64,000 nucleotides of DNA, from NCBI RefSeq assembly GCF_009914755.1, contig NC_060942.1; one strand, given 5' to 3'. Position 1 is the first letter of the stretch. Each line of letters begins with the position of its first letter. Both the position numbers and the translations under genes were made by a program. The stretch comes from the human T2T-CHM13v2.0 reference genome, Homo sapiens. A model generated the notes under the pieces. That model made no database searches. It saw only the letters and a list, made by a program, of their open reading frames with translations, and had not been told where the DNA came from. This document shows, piece after piece, positions 39,230 through 53,559 of the stretch.

Positions 39230-40080
39230 ATCAGTAAGCCCTATTGACTCTATATATCTTTGGGTTCCCTGACTTACCTCCCTCTCCACGTCTACCACCC
39301 TTGCACAAGCCACCATAATGTCTCATTTAGATTACTCTCATAGCCTCATAACTTTTTGCTGATTTCGTAGCCTCATAACTGTTTTTGCTGATTTCTTTCT
39401 TACCTCCTTATAATCCATGCTCCTTTCAGCAGCTGTCTCTTAAAAGTGTAAATCAAATCAGTCACTTCCCTGCTTAAAACACACCAATGGCTTCCCACTG
39501 AACGTAGAGCAAAACTTCTCCCCCTGACCTTTGAGACTCTTGCAGAATCTGATCCCAGCCTAACCTCTCACCTCTTAACCACTCTTCTCCTTGCTTTTTA
39601 TGGTCAAACCCCACAGACTTTGTTTATCTCTTGACTAAACACTGCCAAACTCTTTCTACCTCAAGGCCTTTGCATTTGCTTTACCCTGTGTCTGCTACTC
39701 TCTCCCAGATCTTTGCTTGTCTGTCTCCCTAACCTCCATTTTGTTACCCAGGTTTCTAATGTGTCTCACTCAGAGAGGCCTTTCCCAGTTCTCTAGCTAT
39801 AAATTAGCTTCTCCTGGTTATTGCCTATACTATTATCCTACATAACACTTATTCTTACCAGTCCTAGCCTTCATTATCTGGTAAGTTTTAAAAAACTGTT
39901 TATTTGTTTATTATGTCTCTTCTGATGAGAACGTAAGTTTTGTGAAAGCAGGGACAATTTCTGTCTTCTTCCCTTATGTGTCCCTAGTGAACTGAAACAG
40001 TATGGAGTTCACAATAGTTGCTCAAAAAGTATTTGTGAAGTGTGAAGTATTTTGTGAAATATTTGTCAAGTGAATTAATT
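39230..40080 (+). mobile_element. L2 3' fragment
   Basis: CACTTCCCTGCTTAAAAC...ACCTCAAGGCCTTTGCATTTGCT...GAAAGCAGGGAC...CTCAAAAAGTATTTG. Confidence 0.72.
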
Positions 40081-40198
40081 AGTCAAAAGAACATAAACAT
40101 CAGTCTGGAAGAGTATGGAACAAAGTCAGGATTCCCCCCAAAACAGATTTCCTAAGATGGAGAAAACACAAACAACTGGAATGGAGAATGAATTTTAA

Positions 40199-40571
<373 letters not shown>

Positions 40572-40680
40572 CCAGGTGGTTATTTTTATCATGGCCTTAA
40601 TACATAAATGAGATATCTATAGTGTGCTGGACCAAAGTTTGGAATCACTTATCCCACTTCTTCATCCTTGTTTCTACTTG

Positions 40681-41062
40681 TGATATGGTTTGAATTTGTG
40701 TCCCTGCCCAAATATGATGTTGAATTGGAGGATCAGCCTGGTGATTCGATCATGGGGCAGACTTCCCAATTGCTGTTCTCATGATAGTGAGTGAGTTCTC
40801 ATGAGATCTGATGGTTTAAAAGTGTGTGGTATCTCCCCCTTAGTTCCCTCTCTCCTGTTCTGCCATGGTAACAGAAGAGTTACCTGTTACCTCATGCCAA
40901 GGTGTTCCCCTTCACCTTCTGCCATGACTGTAAATTTCCTGAGGCCTCCGAGTCATGCTTCCTGTGAAGCCTATAGAACTGTGAGTCAATTAAACCTTTT
41001 TTCTTCATAAATTACCCAGTCTCAGGTAGTTCTTTAGAGCAGTGTGAAAACAGACTAATGCA
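40681..41062 (+). mobile_element. MSTA-like MaLR solo LTR
   Basis: TGATATGGTTTG start; GTGAGTCAATTAAACCT; CAGACTAATGCA end. Confidence 0.85.
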
Positions 41063-41346
41063 ACCTCTTTTCACCATGTATCATTATTCCTGTCATTTCA
41101 TTCATTTTTTCTCCTCCTGAGCTTTCATTCTGCCCTTACCTCATACTGATCCTTTCTTCTGTTTCTCTGTAAACCATACTTGCCTCTCACATTCTCCCTT
41201 CTCTCAACTTTCTACTCCAATTACATTTTTGTTTTCTCTTTGTTTTTATTCTCTCTCTTTATATCTATTTAACTGAGATAATGTATTTGAAAGTGTTCCT
41301 AAACTTCAACCTTCTATATAATGTTATTTCCTTACTTTAACTTTAC

Positions 41347-41631
41347 TGATGTGGTTTGGCTCTGTGTCCCCACCCAAATCCCACCTTGAATTGTAATCCC
41401 CACATGTCAAGGGCAGGACCAGGTGGAGATAATTGGATCATGGGGGTGGTTTCCCGCATGCTGTTCTCCTGCTGCCCAGTGAAGAAGGTGCCTGCTTCTC
41501 CTTTGCCTTCTACCATGATTATAAGTTTCCTGAGACCTCCCCACCAATGCGGAACTGTGTGTCAATTAAACCTCTTTCCTTTATAAATTACCCAGTCTTG
41601 GGTATTTCTTCATAGCCGGCGGACTCATACA
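41347..41631 (+). mobile_element. THE1/MSTA-like solo LTR with internal deletion
   Basis: TGATGTGGTTTGGCTCTGTGTCCCCACCCAAATC start; GGACTCATACA end. Confidence 0.82.
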
Positions 41632-41694
41632 CCTACTCTTAAACATTATATGCCGTTCGTTCTTTAAGTCCTTATGGTATATGTCTGCATTGTT

Positions 41695-41843
41695 CCTGTT
41701 CTCATGATAGTGAGTGAGTTCTCACGAGGTCTGATGGTTTAAAAATGTGTGGCATCTCCCCCTTTGCTCCCTCTCTCTCCTGCTCTGCCATGGTAAAATG
41801 TGCTTACTTCCCCTTCGCCTTCTGCCATGATTGTAAGTTTCCT
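41695..41843 (+). mobile_element. Internal MSTA-like LTR fragment without termini
   Basis: CTGTTCTCATGATAGTGAGTGAGTTCTC...CCATGATTGTAAGTTTCCT, similar to 40773-40940. Confidence 0.78.
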
Positions 41844-42202
41844 AATATCTGATGTAATATGACTAAAATAAGTCTACAGACTTCCCATCAATAAGGCATA
41901 CTTAACCTTTGTTTTCCATGTAATGGAGGTGAATCCCTGAGTTCTGTTCCTTTATAACAAATGGCACACATTGCAGGAGAGCTTACCAGATTCAAAATGT
42001 AATATGCATTTACAAGTAGCATAAAGCTAATTGGAATTAAACTGTTGGAAAGTAGGGAAGTTTTAAAGCTTTTATAAAGACTTCAAGTCAATTTGAAACT
42101 ATAAAATACTGTGTCTACATAACATAGTTTTAATCAACTCACTAAGGTATAAACTAAAAATATATTAATGTTCTAGAAGTCCAGTATTAAACAACAAATT
42201 AC

Positions 42203-42329
42203 CGAATCAATCCTGTGTACCATATTATACACTTGCAATGATTTATCCCATGTAATTCTGTCTCCAGTTTGGTAGAGGAAATCAGATAGTTTAGCTGGTG
42301 ATTCTGGAATTATCCCTTCAACACGATAT
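42203..42329 (-). CDS. STARD6: STARD6 coding exon 3, 127 nt
   Basis: TAG/GTAAT boundaries; [42 protein letters not shown] with the START-domain WD motif. Confidence 0.97.
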
Positions 42330-42569
42330 CTACAGTTAACAAAATAAAGAAAATTCAAAGCTTAAAAAGTTTAGTCTAAGCTGAAAATATAATACTATCA
42401 AAGCATAAAGGTAGGCTAATTTAGCAAACAGCAATGAAGAAAACTTGAAGGTACTATCAGCAATTCAATATATTAATATTCAATTGGAAGTAGCAAGGTT
42501 TATTTAAATATGCACTGCAATAAATACATTATTTCAAAATTCATTTTTCTATAAGTAGGCTATTAGTAA

Positions 42570-42663
42570 TTAAGTTTTTGGGGAGTCAAAACTTATAATG
42601 GGATTTTTGACTGTACGGTGGGTTGGCACCCCTAACTCCCACATTGTTCAAGGGTCAACTGTA
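42570..42663 (+). mobile_element. Tigger1-like 3' terminus
   Basis: TTTTTGGGGAGTCAAAA...CCCCTAACTCCCACATTGTTCAAGGGTCAACTGTA. Confidence 0.7.
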
Positions 42664-42824
42664 ATGTTTTATTGAAACATAGCCACACTCATTCATTTAT
42701 GTGTTAGCTCTGGGTGCTCTTGTGCTATAATGACAGAATTGAGTAGTTGCAAGAGACCAAATGAGTTGCAAAGCCTAAAGTATTTACTGTCTGTCCCTCT
42801 ACTGAAAAACTTTGCCAACCCCTG
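42664..42824 (+). mobile_element. MER58A-like hAT MITE fragment
   Basis: TTTTATTGAAACATAGCCACACTCATTCATTTA...AAAGCCTAAAGTATTTACT...TTTGCCAACCCCTG. Confidence 0.75.
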
Positions 42825-43845
42825 GCTTAGGGTATCCATTCAGTGGCTAATCTTGCATTTTCCAGTCACTTTGTAAAGGTAAGAAAAGTACAAATTACAG
42901 TTATATGGCTGTAAGGCAGAAATTATTTTTTGTTGGTGAACAATTAGAAGGCCAATAGCTGCATAAAACTAATAGCAACAAAGAAACAAAGACGACCAGC
43001 CAGAAGTTTAACAGAGAGAAGCAGGGAAACATACAGCTAAAGTGGCCCACTACGAGCACACTCATCTCTGGGGTCTGGAAGGCTGTGTTTATGCACCGGC
43101 TCTGCCTACTCAGTACCAGTCAGAGCAAGATGTAGTGCAGACTTGTAAGTATTTCCCAAGCCACATTCAGATTGATTAGCAAAGAGCTGATGCCTTACTG
43201 ACTCAGGGACAAAAGTATAGTACAACCTGTAATGCATCACTGACTGGAAAATAATATATTCTATCCACTTTAAAATAAAATATACTCATAGCTGGGTCTG
43301 GAAGACTGTGTATGCTGAAGGCTGCACCCTCTGAGGAGTGACTGGTGACAAAACTTCCAAGCTACCAGTCCCTGGCTAAATCCAGAGCAAAACCACAAAA
43401 CTCCCTGAATTACAAAAGCGGTCTTCAATCCACATACATATTTGACAGTAGAGGGTAAAAATTACCACAAAATGGCTTATGTTGACCAAGGAGTGATCCA
43501 TAGGAGGCCAGGCTAAAAGATAACCGCAAGTAAAAAGTCAGAGCAGAGATATCAGAGGCTACAGACTCGGGGGAAATAGACTTCACAGAATTAGTCCAGC
43601 CAAATCACCAAACAGATGAACAAATGACCAAACAAATAACCACAAACCCAGGATGGGTGGATGGAGTCAGTATCCAGAGTTGCTACACTATTTTACCTAA
43701 AACGTTGTTTTAAAAAAAAAACTGCGAGTCATGCAAAGAAACATGAAAAGTATGATTTATACTTAGGAAAAACAGCAAGCAGGAGAAACTACATTTTAGG
43801 AGGCCTTATCATATAAAGATGTTGGAATTATCATGTAAAAAATTT

Positions 43846-44193
<348 letters not shown>

Positions 44194-46139
44194 CTAACGA
44201 AAGCAGGAAAAAAAAAAGGTAGAAAAATAAACAGTGCCTCAGAGAAATGTGATATGCCATTAAACACATCAATATACACATTTTGAGAGTACCAGAAGGA
44301 AAGAACTGACACTGCACTCCAGCCTGGATAAGAGAGTGAGACCCGTCTCTCAAAACAAGAAAGGATAGAGAAAAAGAAAAATATGCAAAAAAATATAGAA
44401 ATAAAATAATGAGTAAAATTTCTACAAATTTGTAGGAAAATACTACATTCAAGAAGTTCATTGAATTCTAAGTAGTATAGGTGGAAAAACATCCACTTCC
44501 AGATATATCATAGTCAAAATTCTGAACATGAAAATAAAAATAAAGTCTTGAAAGCAGTTAAAAAAAAAAAAGGCATTACATAGAAGAGAACCATAATAAG
44601 ACTGACAGCTGGCATGCCATTAGAAACAATGGAGGCCAGAAGGAAGTAAATGACGTTTGAAGAGCTGAAGAAAAAAAGCTACCAAAAAAGAATTCTATAT
44701 CCAGCTAAGTTATCTTTCAAAAATAAAGGTTAAACAAAGACATTCTGAGATAAATAAAAACAGAGAATTTATTGGTAGTAGTCCTGCCTTACAAAAAATG
44801 CTAAAGGGAAGTTCTTCAGGCAAAAGGAAGAGACACAAAATAGTAAGTCAAATCCTTACAAATAAAGAGTTACAGTAACAATAGTATGTAGCTAATGTTA
44901 CAATACAGTATAATTACATATTTCTTCCCCTTTCTTCTATTAACTGATTAAAGTCAATTTCCTAAAACAATATAACATTTTATTGGGCTTATAAAATGTA
45001 TACATATAATTGACAATAAACACAACAGAGGGGGATGGAAATAAAGCTATATGTGAATAAAAAAAATAACAGCAGATAGTAACTCAAATCCACAGAAACC
45101 AATGAAGAGAACCAGAAATGGTAAATAAGAAAGAATATATTTCTAAAGCTATATTTCTATATAGATGTATTCTTACGGATATATATGTGTATTTAGATGG
45201 GTAAGATAGAAATATCTTGAAGTATGTTTGTATTCTCCTATTAAGTTCTTTAAAAGATACTATATAAAGCAATAATTATAACAATATGGTATTTGATTTG
45301 TAACATATATAGACATAATATGTGCAACAAAAAACAGCACAAAATGTTGGGGAAGGGACTGGAACCATATAGAAGTAAAGCTTTTATATCTTACTGGAAT
45401 TAAGTTTGTATACATCTGCAGTAGATTCTGATGAATTAAAATATATTGTAGCCCCTATAGTTATCACTAAGAAAATAACCAAAAAATGTAGTTCAAAAAA
45501 TTATTAAAGGAATTAAAGATGATACACTTGACAAAACCTACTTAATACAAAAGAAGATAGTAAAAGAACAGAGGAACAAAATAGCCATGAGACATACAGA
45601 AAACAAAATAAATTTTTAAAATACAGGAAAAATGACAGACATAAATACAACCATATAACAATAACATTAGGTGTGACTGAATACGGCAGACATAAATACA
45701 ACCATATAACAGTAACATTAGGTGTGACTGGATTAAACAAGCCAATCAGAAGGTAGAGATTGTCGACAGTATTTCTTTTAACCCCAAACAAGTTCCAACT
45801 ATATGCTTGCTGTCTATAAAAGATACGCTTTAAATTCAAAGATACATATAGGTGAATGTAAAAGGCTTGAAAAAGATACACCCTGTAAATGGAACCATAG
45901 TGAGCTGAGGTGGCTTTACTGGTATCAAATAAAGTAGACTTTAAGATAAAAACTATTAGCAGAGATAAAGAGGGATATATTACAATGATAAAAGGGTTAA
46001 CCTGTTAGGAAGATGTAATAACTATAAACGTATATTCATCTAATGATAGAGCCCCAAATACATAAAGGGAAAATGGACATATCTCGAGGGAGAAATAGAT
46101 AATTTCACAATAATAATTAGATACCTCAATAGGTCATTT

Positions 46140-46437
<298 letters not shown>

Positions 46438-47495
46438 CCACGTCATTTTCAATAATGAATGAAACAATCAGAAGAAAATCAGCAAGAATATTGAAGACTT
46501 GAACAACACTAGATCTAAGAGACACCTATGGAACACTCCTAAAAATAGCAGAATAGACATTCTTCTCAAGTGCATCTGGTACATTCTACAAGAGAGACCA
46601 TCGTTCAGGCAATAAAACAAGTCTCAAATTCAAGGATTCAAATTTTACAAAGTATTTTTGTCATCACAATGGAATTAAATTTTAACAACAGAAATTTGGG
46701 AAATTCCCAAATATGTAGAAATTAAAACATTCTTAAATAACCAGTAAGTCAAAGAAGAAAAATTAAGTCAAAGAAAAATTAGAGAATAATTTGAGATAAA
46801 TCAAAATGAAAACCCAACATGCCAAAACTTATGGGATGCTGCAAAAGCAGTGCTTAGAGGAAAATTTATAGTTGTAAATGTCTATATTTTTTAAAAAAAG
46901 AAGTTCTGAAATCAATAACCTAGCCTTTAATTTTAGGAAACTAGAAAATGAAGAGCAAACTAAACCCAAAGCTAGCAGAAGGCAGGAAATAATAAGGATT
47001 ACAGTAGAAAGTAATGAAATTGTGAATAGAAAAATAAGAAAATTAATAAAACCACAAGTTGTATCTTTGAAAAGATCAACAGAATTGATAAATGTTTAGC
47101 TAGATGTACGCAAAAAAAGAGAATAGACTCAACTAAAATCAAGACTGACCCTATACAAATAAAAAGGGTTGTAAGAGAAGAATGATGTGTCAACAAAGTA
47201 GATAGCTTAGATGAAATGGACAACGTCCTAGAAAAGCACAAATTACTGAAACTGATTTAAGAAGCAATAGCACATCTTAATTATCTATAACAAGACAGAG
47301 ATTGAATTAGTAATCCAAATAATCCCCACAAAAAGAGCCCATGCTCAGATGGCTTCACCGGTGAATCTGACCAAAAGTTTAAAGAAAAATTTTTACATAA
47401 ATCCTCCACAAACTATTCCAGAAAATAAAAGAGGAGGAAACATTTCCCAAATTTTAGCTTGATATCAAAACCAGATAAAGATATCATAAGAAAAT

Positions 47496-49679
47496 GCTCT
47501 CCGTCTCCCTCTCCCTCTCCCTCTCCCTCTCCCTCTCCCTCTCCCTCCCTCTCCGTCTCCGTCTCCGTCTCCCTCTCCCCACGGTCTCCCTCTCATGCGG
47601 AGCCGAAGCTGGACTGTACTGCTGCCATCTCGGCTCACTGCAACCTCCCTGCCTGATTCTCCTGCCTCAGCCTGCCGAGTGCCTGCGATTGCAGGCACGC
47701 GCCGCCACGCCTGACTGGTTTTGGTGGAGACGGGGTTTCGCTGTGTTGGCCGGACCGGTCTCCAGCCCCTAACCGCGAGTGATCCGCCAACCTCGGCCTC
47801 CCGAGGTGCCGGGATTGCAGACGGAGTCTCGTTCACTCAGTGCTCAATGGTGCCCAGGCTGGAGTGCAGTGGCGTGATCTCGGCTCACTACAACCTCCAC
47901 CTCCCAGCCGCCTGCCTTGGCCTCCCAAAGTGCCGAGATTGCAGCCTCTGCCCGGCCGCCACCCCGTCTGGGAAGTGAGGAGTGTCTCTGCCTGGCCGCC
48001 CATCGTCTGGGATGTGAGGAGCCCCTCTGCCCGGCCGCCCAGTCTGGGAAGTGAGGAGCGTCTCCGCCCGGCCGCCATCCCATCTAGGAAGTGAGGAGCG
48101 CCTCTTCCCAGCCGCCATCACATCTAGGAAGTGAGGAGCGTCTCTGCCCGGCCGCCCATCGTCTGAGATGTGGGGAGCGCCTCTGCCCCACCGCCCCATC
48201 TGGGATGTGAGGAGCGCCTCTGCCCGGCCGAGACCCCGTCTGGGAGGTGAGGAGCGTCTCTGCCCGGCCGCCCCGTCTGAGAAGTGAGGAGACCCTCTGC
48301 CTGGCAACCACCCCGTCTGAGAAGTGAGGAGCCCCTCCGCCCGGCAGCTGCCCCGTCTGAGAAGTGAGGAGCCTCTCCGCCCAGCAGCCACCCCATCTGG
48401 GAAGTGAGGAGCATCTCCGCCCGGCAGCCACCCCGTCCGGGAGGGAGGTGGGGGGTCAGCCCCCCGCCCGGCCAGCCGTGCCATCCGGGAGGGAGGTGGG
48501 GGGGTCAGCCCCCTGCCCGGCCAGCCGCCCGGTCTGGGAGGTGAGGGGCGCCTCTGCCCGGCCGCCCCTACTGGGAAGTGAGGAGCCCCTCTGCCCGGCC
48601 AGCCGCCCCGTCCGGGAGGGAGGTGGGGGGGTCAGCCCTCCGCCCGGCCAGCCGCCCCGTCTGGGAGGTGAGGGGCGCCTCTGCCCGGCTGCCCCTACTG
48701 GGAAGTGAGGAGCCCCTCTGCCCGGCCAGCCGCCCCGTCCGGGAGGGAGGTGGGGGGGTCGGCCCCCCGCCCGGCCAGCCGCCCCGTCCGGGAGGGAGGT
48801 GGGGGTGTCGGCCCCCCGCCCGGCCAGCCGCCCCGTCCGGGAGGGAGGTGGGGGGGGTCAGCCCCCCTGCCCGGCCAGCCGCCCCGTCCGGGAGGTGAGG
48901 GGCGCCTCTGCCCGGCCGCCCCTACTGGGAAGTGAGGAGCCCCTCTGCCCGGCCAGCTGCCCCGTCCGCGAGGGAGGTGGGGGGGTCAGCCCCCCGCCCG
49001 GCCAGCCGCCCCGTCCGCGAGGGAGGTGGGGGGGGTCAGCCCCCCTGCCCGGCCAGCTGCCCCGTCCGGGAGGTGAGGGGCGCCTCTGCCCGGCCGCCCC
49101 TACTGGGAAGTGAGGAGCCCCTCTGCCCGGCCACCACCCCGTCTGGGAGGTGTGCCCAACAGCTCATTGAGAACGGGCCAGGATGACAATGGCGGCTTTG
49201 TGGAATAGAAAGGCGGGAAAGGTGGGGAAAAGATTGAGAAATCGGATGGTTGCCGTGTCTGTGTAGAAAGAAGTAGACATGGGAGACTTTTCATTTTGTT
49301 CTGCACTAAGAAAAATTCCTCTGCCTTGGGATCCTGTTGATCTGTGACCTTACCCCCAACCCTGTGCTCTCTGAAACATGTGCTGTGTCCACTCAGGGTT
49401 AAATGGATTAAGGGCGGTGCAAGATGTGCTTTGTTAAACAGATGCTTGAAGGCAGCATGCTCGTTAAGAGTCATCACCAATCCCTAATCTCAAGTAATCA
49501 GGGACACAAACACTGCGGAAGGCCGCAGGGTCCTCTGCCTAGGAAAACCAGAGACCTTTGTTCACTTGTTTATCTGCTGACCTTCCCTCCACTATTGTCC
49601 CATGACCCTGCCAAATCCCCCTCTGTGAGAAACACCCAAGAATTATCAATAAAAAAATAAATTAAAAAAAAAAAAAAAA
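47496..49679 (+). mobile_element. Full-length SVA retrotransposon (SVA_F-like, young), antisense to STARD6
   Basis: (CCCTCT)n/CCGTCT hexamers 47497-47580, Alu-like domain, GC-rich VNTR about 47950-49150, SINE-R, AATAAA 49648-49653, poly-A; TSD AAGAAAAT at 47488-47495 and 49680-49687. Subfamily from recalled diagnostics. Confidence 0.97.
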
Positions 49680-52600
49680 AAGAAAATAAAACTACACCCC
49701 AGTATCTCTTATGTATATGCAAAAACCTTCAAGAAAGTACCAGCCTACCAAATCTAGCAATGTATAAAAAGGATTATAAAGCATGACCAAGTGGGATTTA
49801 TCCCAGAATGCAAGGTTGGTTTACCATATGAATTATCAATTACTACAATACACAATTTTAATAGACTAAACAACAAAACCACATCATTTCAATAGATGTG
49901 GAAAAAGCATACGACAAAATCCAACACCCATTCAGGATAAAGCATTCATAGAATGAGGGGTATAGGGAAATGCCCTCAACTTGATAAAGGGCACCTATGA
50001 AAAATCCACTGCTAACATCAAACTTAATGGTGGAAAAACTAAATACTTTTCTATTAAGATCAGGAATAAGACAAGGATGTCCACTCTTGTCACTGCTATT
50101 AAACATTGTATTGGAGGTACTAGCCCAGGCAGTTAGGTTAGAAAAAGAAATAAAAGTCATCCAGATTGAAAAGGAAGAAGTAAAACTCTTCATGACATGA
50201 TTTTATATATAGAAAAAAACAACAGAATCCACTAAAATAATACAACTAAGAAGTCCAGTAAAGCTTCAGGATACAAGATCAATATATAAAAATCAATTGT
50301 ATTTCTATATGCTAGGATTAAAATTTTTTAAAAGTAATTCAGAAAACAATTCCATTTACAATAACATCAAAAAGAATAAAGCTTTGAAATAAATTTAACA
50401 AAAGTCATTGAATGGTGTTAGAGTAAAATAAAAAAAAATAGAACACGTTTAAGACATATACTGAAACTTATAAAACATTCTGAAAGAAGTTTGAGAAGCT
50501 CAAAATAAACAGAGAGACATCCTATGTTCATGTACTGGAAGACTTAATATTTTTAAAATGGCAATAATTCTCCAAATTGAACTACAGAATCAAAGCATCT
50601 TTGTCAAAATCCCAGCTGACTTTTTTTTGAGATGGGGTCTTGCTCTGTTGCTGAGGCTGGAGTGTCTAAAATTCATATGGAAATGCAAGGGAACCAGTAT
50701 AGCCAAGATAGTCTTGAAAAACAGAAAAGTTGTAAGACTCACACTTCTTAATTTCAAAACTTACTAAAAGGCTATAGTAGTGAAGGTTGTGTGGTATTGG
50801 CATAAGGACAGACAGAGAGATCAACTGAATATAATTAAGCATCCAAAGGAAACTCCTAATGTATATGGTCAATTGATTTTTGACAAAGGAGCCCAGACAA
50901 TGTAATGGGGAAAGAAGAATCTCCAACAAATAGTGCTGGGACAATTGGATATTTACATGCAAAGATTGAATTGGACTCCTGCCTCACACCATACAGAAAA
51001 TTAACTCAAAGTGATCACAACAGACCTACATGTAAGAAATAAAACCATAAATTCTTAGGGATAAATCTTTGTGACCTTGGGTCAGCCAATTATTTCTTGG
51101 ATTCAGCACCAGCAACACAAGTAACACAACAGAAGACGGATAAATTGAACTTCAAGAAAATTTTTAAAAATTGTGCTTCAAAGGATACCATCAAGAGAGT
51201 GAGAAGACAACCTACAGAATGGGAGAAAATAGTCGCAAATCATATATGTGATACTAAACTAGTATCCACAGTGTATAAATAACTCTTCCAACTCAACGAT
51301 AAAAAGAAATTCAATTTTTTAAAAAAGAGTTTGGATAAATATTTATCTAAAGAAGATATATGAATGGTCAATATGCACGTAAGAAGAAGCTTATGGTCAC
51401 AAGTCATTAAGGACATGTAAATCAAATCCACAATGAGATACCACTACATACCCAACTAGGATAGCTATAATCAAGAAGACAGATATGAAAAATGTTGCTG
51501 AAGAGGTGGAGAAATTGGAACCTACATACACTGCTGTTAGGAATATAAAACGGTGCGGCCAGTCTCTAAAATGATCTAGTAGTTCTTCAAAATATTAAAC
51601 ATAGAATTGCCATATGATCCAGCAATTCCAGTCCTAGATCTATAGCCAAGAGAAATAAAAATATATGTCCACACAAAAATTTGTACACAAATTTCATAAC
51701 AGCATTATTTATAATACCTAAAAGATAGAAACTAAGTATATATTAACTGACGAATAGATAAAATGTGGCATATCCGTACCATAGAACATTATTCTTCAAT
51801 AAAAAGAAATGAGGTACTGACACAAGCTACAACATGGGTAAACCTCAAAAACATGATAAAAGAATTTGTGAAAGAAGCAAGTCACAAAAGACCACATAGC
51901 ATGTGATCTCCTTTATGACATGTCCAGAATAGGCAAATATAAAAGGCAGAAACTGTCACCTAGTCGCCTGGGGCTGGGGTGAATCGGATAATGGGAAGTA
52001 AATGCTAGTAGGCACAAGTTTCTTTTTTGGGGAGGAGAATGTTCTAAATGAAATTATGGTGATCCTGGTACAACTCTGTATATATACTAACAATCACTGA
52101 GTTGTACACTTAAAGTAGGTGAAATTTAGGGTACATAAATTATCTCAATAAAATTGTTAAAAATGAATTAGTTCCACAAGTCCTTTTTTTCTGAATTAGA
52201 GAATGACATTAAATTTATTTCTCATCTAATCTATTGCATAAAAACAATTACAACAAAAATTCTTAATGTCTCTTGAGTAGGTAGAGAACCTATATTTTAT
52301 CTAAGTAACTTGCTCTAAACTGCAAACCAAAATAAGATGATTCAATAACGTATTTTATAAACTAGTCTTTAGCAATTATTTTGTTATCATATCTTTTATT
52401 CTCAACTTGTATTTACTCATTATAAATATATTTCCTAATTTCCTGCTCTGCCCACACCCAGCATTAACTATAAACCAGCTGATGTTAATGGTTGTGGAGT
52501 TATTGATGGATACTGATGTTACCAATTTTTTATTTGTGAAAGAGAATTGTGTGAAATGACCTAATATAAACCCCAAATTCTATTTTAAAAATAGTACTAC

Positions 52601-52919
52601 AATATTCATCACTGAATAACATAACTTTTCATTCCTTAAGTTTTTCATAAAATGGAATGGCAGCAGAGTTTGAACAACGCTTTCCAAATTATTATATTAA
52701 TAATATCTGAATTATTTTTGTAGTTAAGAAAAATGTTAAGTTTAGGAAGATATTGAACCAGGTTTATGAAGATACTAAACTGGGGTGTTTTTCATTGTTC
52801 CTCCAAATATATCTACACATTATGTAGAACCAGGATGAATCCTGAGCTGTTAGAACTCTTTATTTTGGTCACAGCAACTTTATTAATTACATTTGTTACT
52901 TTAAAAAATGTTTAACCTG

Positions 52920-53281
52920 TGATATGGGTTGGTTCTGTATCCCCACCCAAATCTCATCTTGAATTGTAGCTCTCATAATTCCCAGGTGTTGTAGGAGAGA
53001 CCTGGTGGAAGATAATTGAATCATGGAGGCGGTTTCCCCCATATTGTTCTCGTGGTAGTGAATAAGTCTCATGAGATCTGATGTTTTTTATAAGGGGTTT
53101 CCCTTTTCACTTGTCTCTCAATTCTCTCTTGTCTGCTGCCATGTAAGAATGACTTTCATCTTCTGCTATGATTGTGAGACCTCCCCAGCTACATGGAACT
53201 GAGTCCATTAAACCTCTTTCTTTTGTAAACTGCCCAGTCTCAGGTATGTCTTTATCAGCAGCGTGAAAATGAACTAATACA
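52920..53281 (+). mobile_element. THE1 solo LTR
   Basis: TGATATGG...AACTAATACA termini; exact 5-bp TSD ACCTG (52915-52919, 53282-53286). Confidence 0.92.
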
Positions 53282-53559
53282 ACCTGTTTAAACCTGAATG
53301 CTTTAATTTATAAAACTTACAAACTGTCTCACATGTCTGCCTCAGAAGGTAGAATAGAGGATTAAATGTAGTGGTGGTAATGATGGTGGTAATAAGTAGT
53401 AACGACAATGGAGGAGAAAGTAGTATCCTAAACAAGCATGAAATGCCTAAAGGCAGAAAAGGTACATTCTGCCAGAATCCATCTCTGGATAATCTGCCTT
53501 CATTATTCCACAGATACATCTTGACAGTTTTGATGAGGTCAGAGAGAATAATGATTAAG

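Noticed and set aside
47950-49150. Repeat array resembling CRISPR
   Set aside because: Tandem SVA VNTR units without unique spacers, in eukaryotic DNA with no cas genes.
47459-49660. Dense overlapping ORFs and CpG-island-like composition
   Set aside because: Products of the GC-rich SVA hexamer/VNTR, which has few stop codons.
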